From Octopus vulgaris (Eukaryota): 64,000 nt of DNA. This document shows positions 53,912-64,000 of the stretch, piece by piece. Each line of letters opens with the position of its first letter. Positions within the stretch are counted from its first letter, which is position 1. Location of the stretch: the NCBI GenBank assembly GCA_951406725.2, contig OX597831.1, positions 38,688,001 through 38,752,000 on the forward strand, given 5' to 3'. Below the pieces are notes generated by a model that saw only the letters and a list, made by a program, of their open reading frames with translations, had not been told where the DNA came from and ran no database searches. The translations under genes were made by a program, and so were the position numbers.

Positions 53912-54298
53912 TACTCTTTTACTTGCTTCAGTCATTTGACTGCGGCCATGCTGGAGCACCACCTTTAGTCGAGCAAATCGACCCCGGGACTTATTCTTTG
54001 TAAGCCCAGTACTTATTCTATCGGTCTCTTTTTGCCGAACCGCTAATTGACAGGGACGTAAACACACCAGCATCGGTTGTCAAGCAATGCTAGGGGGACA
54101 AACACAAACACACAAACACATACATATATATACATACATACGACGGGCTTCTTTGAGTTTCCGTCTACCAAATCCACTCACAAGGCATTGGTCGGCCCGG
54201 GGCTATAGCAGAAGACACTTGCCCAAGATGCCACGCAGTGGGACTGAACCCGGAACCATGTGGTTGGTTAGCAAGCTACTTACCACATAGCCACTCCT
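53912..54298 (-). mobile_element. C-family SINE, well conserved
   Basis: Colinear with the 22872 and 40163 copies. Confidence 0.95.
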
Positions 54299-54329
54299 GG
54301 TATAAATTCATCGGAAGAGTCTCGTGTTT

Positions 54330-54490
54330 CCCAGTGACTGCGCAAATAATGAACGGTTGTGTGTATTTGTGTTTCCAGTGCAGGAGGCCGCTGCCGATAC
54401 TCTCTAAAAACTGTTTAGTCCTACATTCCGTTTGGTGGTGTATTGTATTGCATGAAGATAAAACGTTTTTGTGGCCAATATATGGGTCTT
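54330..54490 (-). pseudogene. Tc1-like transposase fragment
   Basis: FIFMQYNTPP (FxFMQDNAPPH-like) then, after a frameshift, RTKQFLESIGSGLLHW. Confidence 0.45.
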
Positions 54491-54534
54491 AAATTATAAT
54501 CTCTCTCTTTCACTCTCTTTATCTATCTATCTAA

Positions 54535-54605
<71 letters not shown>

Positions 54606-54606
<1 letters not shown>

Positions 54607-54790
54607 TTTATACTGTTACTCTGAGTTTCTCGTTGCCGTTCATCAGACAGTTTTTCCTAGAACGGCAACGAGAAACTCAGAGTAACAGATTTTGTTGAAT
54701 TTTCTGCTGCTTTAAATAAAGCATATTACTCTACCACTGGTATTTGAGTACTCTTTTTTCCACCTTGTTTCACATTTATGTGTTTACTCC

Positions 54791-54792
<2 letters not shown>
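54606..54792. mobile_element. Minimal PLE-type unit: perfect 29-bp inverted repeat (54613-54641 / 54660-54688) plus terminal-repeat tail, between (TA)n tracts
   Basis: ctgttactctgagtttctcgttgccgttc / gaacggcaacgagaaactcagagtaacag. Confidence 0.8.
54612..54651 (-). ncRNA. Type I minimal hammerhead ribozyme
   Basis: actgt-CTGATGA-a-cg(gcaa)cg-a-GAAA-ctc(a)gag-TA-acagt: intact core, 5-bp stem I, GNRA-capped stem II, GUA triplet. Confidence 0.75.
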
Positions 54793-54861
<69 letters not shown>

Positions 54862-54909
54862 CTCTTTTACTCGTTTCGGCCATGCCGCTGTGGTCATGCT
54901 GGTGCACCA

Positions 54910-55815
54910 CCATGGTTTTTCTGACTTTCTCAGTCTGTCTGATTCACATCACCACTCCTGTATGTGCCTTTTTTACAGCTGTTGGTTCATCCGGTATTGT
55001 GGAGAGGAGGGGATGTCTAATTCCTATCGGAAGACATCTACTTCCACCTTATGCAAATTTCTTAAGTTTTGTGGCAGGGCAATTCAAAGCTGTGGGCCTC
55101 TAAACCCTAGACTATTGCAATACCTAGTCCTGAATTTAGATGGAGTGGACGTTATCTTTGGTACAAAGCAATGGCGGCCAGTTCTGGCATTTGTATAACA
55201 CTCAATGCCAAAGTTAGGTACTAGCCCTTCTAGGATTTTCCATATGCATATTATTGCATATCTGTCACGGCTTCACTCCAAGGAATAAAGCTGTAGATTT
55301 CTCAGCCGACCCCTATAGCTCATTCACTGCACTGCTTTAAGCTTTTTTAGTGTAGTGGCGTTAGACTGCTTCAAGCTCCACTGTTAGTTTGGTACTATGT
55401 GATGACCATCACTGGGAACAGTAGTCCAGGCGGCCGAGAACAAAGGTTCTCCACAGGGTCAACATATTTCCTTGGTCTCTTGTTTTGAAAGATCTCAGTA
55501 TCCATCTTGCTAGTTGTCTGCATTTTGCTGCCATTTTGCTTATGTACATACGAAAGGAGGCGTCATTGCAAATGCTGATACCCAAGTTTTCACTGCGTGT
55601 GACTCATGGATTGTAGAGCCTTCGGGTCCAGTAAATTTACATTGTACTGTATTTGTAGTGAGTATATATTGCAGTGCTTGAAATTTTCCAGCATTAAACT
55701 GCATGTTGTTTCTTTCGGCCCAATTGTATGCTGAGTTCAGGTCCCGTAGTAAGATTGTAATATCCTCTTGTTTTCTTTTACTACCTGTGATGATTTTGTG
55801 TCATCGGCATAGCTG
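54910..55815 (-). pseudogene. 5'-truncated CR1-group LINE, RT C-terminal half
   Basis: SYADDTK, NNMQFNAGKFQAL, WILRSFKTRD, LDYCSQ*W, LYSLE..RDRY, IWKILEGLVPN, GPQL..LPQNLR. Confidence 0.9.
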
Positions 55816-56274
55816 TGTGTGTGTTTATGTCTGTCACTGTGCGTGTGTGGGGGTGTGTTGTGTGTGTTTGCGAGTGTTTGTGAGTGTATGTGTTGTGTGT
55901 GTTTCTGAGTACGTGTGTGTGTGTGAATGTATGAGTTTAAGTGTATGTATAATGCTGTGTGTATTTTATATATATTATACACATAACTAAATATGATACA
56001 TGTATACGTATATTACACACACACAGATACGCACATTTGTGAATAAGTATATATATATATATATGATATACATATGTTAGACATAAACTTACATTGTAAT
56101 ATTTTAATTTTGAGAGAGAGAGAGAGAGAGAAAGAGAGGGGTAAGATAGAGAAGGAAGAGACAGAGGAAATGAATTACATCAATACCGATGTTACATCAA
56201 GGAGCTATTCAAATTTCGAGTTTGATACACAAATACATATGAATACGCATACACAAAAACACACACACACATGT

Positions 56275-56965
<691 letters not shown>

Positions 56966-57329
56966 TTTAAGTATGTCTATTAGTTTTCCCTTCTCATATT
57001 TCTTTTAGTAAAACTTTCTTCTTCTCAAAGACGTTTGGTTATAATTTCAATATTTAAAAATATATAAACTCAGATTACCAATACAATATTGATTATCAAG
57101 TAAATGACAATTTAAATTAACAATTTTCCTTTTATACATTTATCAATAATACAGCGAGTTTTATCTTTTATCAATACCGTAATATCATAATATGCCATAT
57201 TTGATTATGGAAATTTAGATTAAGGGAATAAAAAGAAAAAAAGAAACGAAAAGAAATTAATTCTTCAAGAGATATTTTCATGTCCTTGTCAATAAATTTG
57301 TATCCGAGGATACATTACACATAGGGATA

Positions 57330-57961
<632 letters not shown>

Positions 57962-58374
57962 CGACATACATTAAGTATGCATGTGTAGATAACATTAACA
58001 TTTACACACACAGACACTCTTACAAACATACACACATATACATCAACATCAACGCAAAGGAGGGAAGATACAGTTAACAATTAATTTCCTTTATTGTATT
58101 TCGCTTCGGTTTTTGTTCTGAAATAAAATTTTCACAGGTGTCATACTCTACTTTTATACTTACTCAATATGTAATTGAGTAGTTGTCGAGATATCTGGTG
58201 TTGTCACTAAGTGTAAACATGTCGATACTATCGCTCCTGTTGTCGCCGTTTTCTGTGGAATCGAGCTGATGTGGAATTGATAAAGTATGTTCAATCCTTT
58301 ATGTATTACAAATTTATGTCTAATTTAATTTCATTTGTGACTGTGTGGCAAGAAGCTCGCTTCCCAACCACAGA

Positions 58375-59063
58375 GGTCGATATAATCGACTAAAATCCGT
58401 TTGTCTGTCCTTGTTTGTCCTCTCTGCGTTTCGCCTCTTGTGGGTAGTAAAGAAATAGGTATTTCCTCTGTGGCTACGTTCTGAGTTCAAATTCCGCCGA
58501 GGTCGACTTTGCTTTTTATATTTCGGGGTGGATATATTAAGAAGCATTTGCGTACTGGGGCCAATATAATCGACTTACTATCTTTGTCAGTCCTTGTTTG
58601 TCCTCTCTGCGTTTAGCCTCTTGTGGGTAGTAAACAAATAGGTAATTCGTCTGTGGCTACGTTCTGAGTTCAAAATTCCGCCGAGGTCGACTTTGCTTTT
58701 TATATTTCTGGGTGGATATATTTTAAGAAGCATTTGCGTACTGGGGTCAATGTAATCGACTTAATATCTTTGTCAGTCCTTGTTTGTCCCCTCTATGTTT
58801 AGCCCCTTCTGGGTAATACAGAAATAGGTATTCTGTCTGCAGGTACGTTCTGAGTTCAAATTCTGCCGAGGTCGACTTTTCCTTTCATCCTCTCGGGGTC
58901 GATTAAATAAGCACCAATTACGCAATGGGTCGATATAATCGACTTAATCCGCTAGTCTGTCCTTGTTTGTCCACTCTGCGTGCAGCCCCTTGTGGGCAGT
59001 AAATAAATAAGAAACGTTAGCACGCCTGGCGAAACGTTTAGCGGTATTTCGTCTCTCTTTACG
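58375..59063 (+). mobile_element. Tandem array of ~185-bp M-SINE internal units (about 3.7 copies)
   Basis: Unit ggtcgatataatcgact...cttgtgggtagtaaagaaataggtatttc...gagttcaaattccgccgaggtcgac recurs near 58375, 58558, 58745, 58928. Confidence 0.93.
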
Positions 59064-59446
59064 TAGATACTGCACACACGTGTATGTTCAGAATGAATGC
59101 TCAACATGGTAAGCGAAAGAATATTCTTTATTTGTGAGTTAACAAGGCAATTAGTATTTTCATATATAAAGATCTCTACAATTGCTCAAGCAAAACACTA
59201 CTAAATATAGATACTCGTCTCCATCTTATATCGTTTACTCATTTCCTTTATTAGAACTGCCACCATGCTGAAGTAACTCCTTGAAGAATTGTTAGTCAAA
59301 CAATCCAACCACAATGCTAAGAATTTTTTAAGGCATCCTACTTATTTTATCGTTTTCTTTGGCCGAACCGCGAAGCTATGGATTCGTAACACTCCGAAAC
59401 CGGTTGTCGAGCGATGGTGCGAGACAACGACCGACAAAGAGGCACT

Positions 59447-59507
<61 letters not shown>

Positions 59508-60354
59508 GTGTGTGTATGTGTGCGCGCGCGTAAGTGCGTGGCCGTGCATAATACGTGGAGTGTTTATGTGTGAATGTGTGTGTCTGTGTGTACGTGCATG
59601 TATGTATGTATGTATGAATGTGTGTATGTATGTGTGTGTATATACATATATATATATACACACACATACACACACACACACACACTTATATATATATATA
59701 TATATATCCCTTTTATCTATGGCGCAGTTCATGCAATTTCTAGTCAGTGTTAATCATATATATTCATATATATATATTAAAAATAGATAATAGATATATT
59801 GCAGTAAAATCAAAGAAGTTAAATACGGACTGGAGGCATTTCATAAGAAGTTTTCATTTTCTTTCTTCATATATTGTTGTAGGCTTAAGAAAATCTTCAC
59901 AGGGTTGTTCTGAATAATTTCTTCCGCTATTAACAAGCATTTCGACATTGATCATTTCGACTTTGACATAAACTATTCCGACGATAGATGTATATTGTAT
60001 TTAGCAGTATTTAAGACTATAAGTGGCTTAGCGGTAAAGATGTTACACTCATGATCGTAAGATTGCTGTTTCGATTTCAGGACCTAGCAGTGAGTTGAGT
60101 CCTCGAACAAAAAAAACCTTCATTTCACGTAGCTACAAGCCATTCACGTATAAATGAGTTCCAGTAATGTCTTGAAAGATAAGCTTGAGGCTGGTGGTCT
60201 TGTGTTCAAATCCTTGTAACTCTTAGACCATGGAAACCGGGTTTAGCGCAGGTCTTTTGTCTCCTGAGCTTAAATTCACGTTTTGATTATTTGTTATAGA
60301 AAACCTTTCCGAGGTCTATCTATGCAGCACATTTATCAATATTTAAAACGGTAA

Positions 60355-60708
60355 CAAGGGAGCAAAGTATCAGAATCGTTAGCACAACCAGCTATATGTT
60401 TAGCAGTTTTTCGTTTGTCTTTACGCTCTGAGTTCAGATTTCGCCATGGTCGACTTTGCCTTTCATCAATTCGCGAGAGATAAATTAAGTACCAGTTGAA
60501 CATTGGGGTCCATCTAGTCGACTTAACTCTTCCTCCGAAATTGCTTGCTTTGTGCCAAAATTTGAAACCAATATTTAAGACTGTAAGAAGGCGGAAAGAT
60601 AGTAGAGTCGTTAGCGTACCGGACAAAATGCTTTGTGGTACTTCGTCCGTCTTTACTTTCTGGGTTCAAATTCCGCCGAGACAGACATTGCCTTCCATTC
60701 CTTCGAGA
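60355..60708 (+). mobile_element. Two diverged M-family SINE copies
   Basis: cagaatcgttagcac, gagttcagatttcgcc, gggttcaaattccgccgag. Confidence 0.8.
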
Positions 60709-60903
60709 TCTTTTATCTTTGAATCTTTTACTTGTTTCAGTCATTTGACTGCGGTCATGCTGGAACACCGCCTTTAGTCGAGCAAATCGACGCCAGGACT
60801 TATTCTATATGTCTTTTTTGCCGAACTGCTAAGTTACGGGGACGTGAACACACCAGCATCGGTTGTCAAGCGATGTTTGGGACGGACAAACACAGACACA
60901 CAA

Positions 60904-60958
<55 letters not shown>

Positions 60959-61129
60959 CATTATACGACGGGCTTCTTTCAGTTTCCGTCTACCAAATCC
61001 ACTCACAATGCTTTGGTCGGCCGGAGGATATAGTGGAAGACACTTGCCCAAGGTGCCACGGAGTGGGACTGAAACCGGAACCATGAGGTTCGTAAGCAAG
61101 CTACTTACCACATAACCTTCCTACGCCTA
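60709..61129 (-). mobile_element. C-family SINE
   Basis: Colinear with the 40163 copy. Confidence 0.93.
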
Positions 61130-61458
61130 GATAAAATAATTGTCGATCGATGTAATCAACTTATCCCATCTCACGAAATTGCTGGTCTGGTGGCAAAATT
61201 TGAAACCAATATTCACGACGGTAAGAATGTGATAAGAAAGCATATTAGTAAAGAACAGCTGCTATCTAATTCAGATTGTATCCATATTGTCTTTCCTTGC
61301 AACTGAAAATACCAGAAAGCGTAGGCACGCCAGTCAAACGAAACAGAATGTGTCTACAGTGTCGTTCAATGTGTTAAATTTAGCAGTAATTTCACTTCAA
61401 ATTACAGCTTCCATCTTTAAAAAAAGGTATAACGTACATCATTATTTAGTTTACATTA

Positions 61459-61660
61459 AGGCGGCGAGCTGGCACAATCGTTAGCATGCTGGACGAAATG
61501 CTTAGCGATGTTTCACTCGTTGTTACTTTCTGAGTTCAAATTCTGCCTAGATCGAATCTGAATTTCGTCCATTCGGATTCGATGAATTAAGTACAAGTTG
61601 ATTACTGGGGTCGATGTAAACGACTTAAATCCTCCACCACCCAAATTTCAGGCCTTGTGA
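61459..61660 (+). mobile_element. M-family SINE monomer
   Basis: ggcggcgagctggcacaatcgttagcatg...aaatttcaggccttgtg. Confidence 0.85.
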
Positions 61661-61921
61661 CTGCCCTTTCCCCGTATCATGTGACTTGACTGTTTTGTTT
61701 TTTTTTTTTAGTTGTTTCAGTTATTGGACTGTGGCCATGCTGGGGCATCGCCTCGAGGTGCTTCGACGACCAGGTTTCCAGTGAACTTATTTTCAAGTCT
61801 AGTAGTTTTTCTATTAGCCTCTTACGTAGGAGTAAACAAAACGACATTGGTTAAAAAGCGGTGGGGAGTTGAACAAGAAAAAAAAATAGACACATACATA
61901 GACATAACACACACATACAAA

Positions 61922-61955
<34 letters not shown>

Positions 61956-62646
61956 ACATACTTCCAAACAGTTTCACTTAAATCAAATTTATTCATATGG
62001 TATTGGTCGTCCTGAGACTATAGTAAACTAAACTTGTTAAAGGACTGACATTGTGTGTGCATTTTACGCTAAGTCACATGAAGATTATATAGCGAAAACA
62101 AATCTAGGGTACACTCAGCCACTTACTATATAGAAAACTTCATATATATTTACATTCAGCCAGCCAGAGAAACATTCATTTATCCAAACCTATGCGATTT
62201 CTATTCATTATTGTTTTATATGAATTATCTTTTCTCCATTATTACAATAGTGGAAAGGATTCGGTTACAGCAATTGATATTATAGGATAAAACTCTTCCT
62301 GTTGGTACCAATTCAACCATGATATAAGAGATTGGACCTGTTTTGTGTGTTACTCTTGTTGTGTAAGCTAGGATAGCTTAGTCACGGACAGCATAATAGA
62401 ATCATCGATAGTAAAAGGCTTGAACATACAACAATGTGGTTTGCAGCCCAGCTACAGAATATACGAATGTATTCATTTATAATTTCATGCATACATGCAT
62501 TCATGCATATGTACACTGTTCTATATTTACATATATGCATATGGATATGGATATGTATATCGGCGAATACATGTTGGAAGCATGCAAGATTCATTAACCT
62601 ATACATACAGAATATGAATGTTAGTCTTTATGCATACAAATACGCA

Positions 62647-62680
<34 letters not shown>

Positions 62681-62769
62681 GATATAAATATATATATATA
62701 TAGATATATATATATAAAGATATAAATATATATATATAGAGATATATATATAGAAAGATATAAATATAC

Positions 62770-62806
<37 letters not shown>

Positions 62807-63309
62807 CGTGTGGGAAGCATCGGTATGGGTGTAGGTTATGCGTGTGTTTGTGTGTGTGTTTCTCTATGTATTTTTGTGCATATGTATGCATATATGTATA
62901 TGTGCATGTGTATTTATGTATATAAATAAATATATATATATATTGATAAATAGATAGATATACGTGGGTATATACGTAAGTATTATATACATCTATATAT
63001 ATATATATATATATATGTTCATGTATACACACACACACACACACAGGTATATTTGCATAAAACGCATACATGCATATTCATGCATAAGCTTAGAAAATTT
63101 ATACCTAAATGTGCACACATACACATCTATCTCCGATCGATCGAGCTATCTGTCCATATATGCATCTATCAAGGAATCCAGCCAAACGCACATGCACACA
63201 CACACACTCATTCATGCATACACACACATACACGCATATAAATATATGCATACATACATACATGCGTACATGCAGGCATGCTTTCATACACACGCACATA
63301 CTGGCATAT

Positions 63310-63612
<303 letters not shown>

Positions 63613-63931
63613 ATACTTACACACATATATGCTATTATACAAATTTCCAGAATTCTGGACTATGCCACATGCATGCACACAACTATGAATGCACCAGTGT
63701 ATTTCTATGCACTCATGCAAATGTCAAAACATAGATTCGCAGGCACAATTTCATGCAAGCATGCAAATATGCATATGTACAGGTGCATACGTGCATACAT
63801 AACTAACGTGTTGGTTTTGCAGAAATTGCAGCCAAAGAGATATCTCTTTTTTTTCTATTACACTTTTCTTCTTACAATATTACAGAATTGAAAACAGAAC
63901 ATCATGTATGTATATATATATATGTATATAT

Positions 63932-63969
<38 letters not shown>

Positions 63970-64000
63970 GCGCACATATATATATATATATATATATATA

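Noticed and set aside
58375-59063. CRISPR-like regular repetition
   Set aside because: Units are ~185-bp SINE copies without unique spacers; eukaryotic context, no cas genes

Overview
AT-rich, extremely microsatellite-dense eukaryotic DNA. The SINE families and simple-repeat load look like a coleoid cephalopod, most likely Octopus; this is recognition, not a database result. I find no supportable host protein-coding exon, and nearly all ORF-track entries are translated microsatellites or SINEs, so the window reads as intergenic or deep-intronic. Contents: (1) dozens of copies of three tRNA-derived SINE families, here called M (GGCGGCGAGCTGGCAGAA head), C (CORE-type with internal microsatellite) and O (GTGGAGGCGCAATGGCC head); (2) decayed LINE fragments (Tx1/L1-type RT and APE, R4/Dong-type RLE, CR1-type RT); (3) mariner, maT (DD37D) and Tc1 relics and MITEs; (4) non-autonomous Helitrons; (5) a foldback MITE family, two copies carrying telomere-like repeats; (6) five (TA)n-embedded Penelope-like (PLE) terminal-repeat units, each with a hammerhead-ribozyme-like fold. 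The most interesting signals are the hammerhead-bearing divergent inverted units, including a near-canonical minimal hammerhead at 54612-54651 (minus strand), and the M-SINE head-to-tail multimers inserted under a single target-site duplication. All coordinates and alignments were read by eye; boundaries of decayed elements are approximate.
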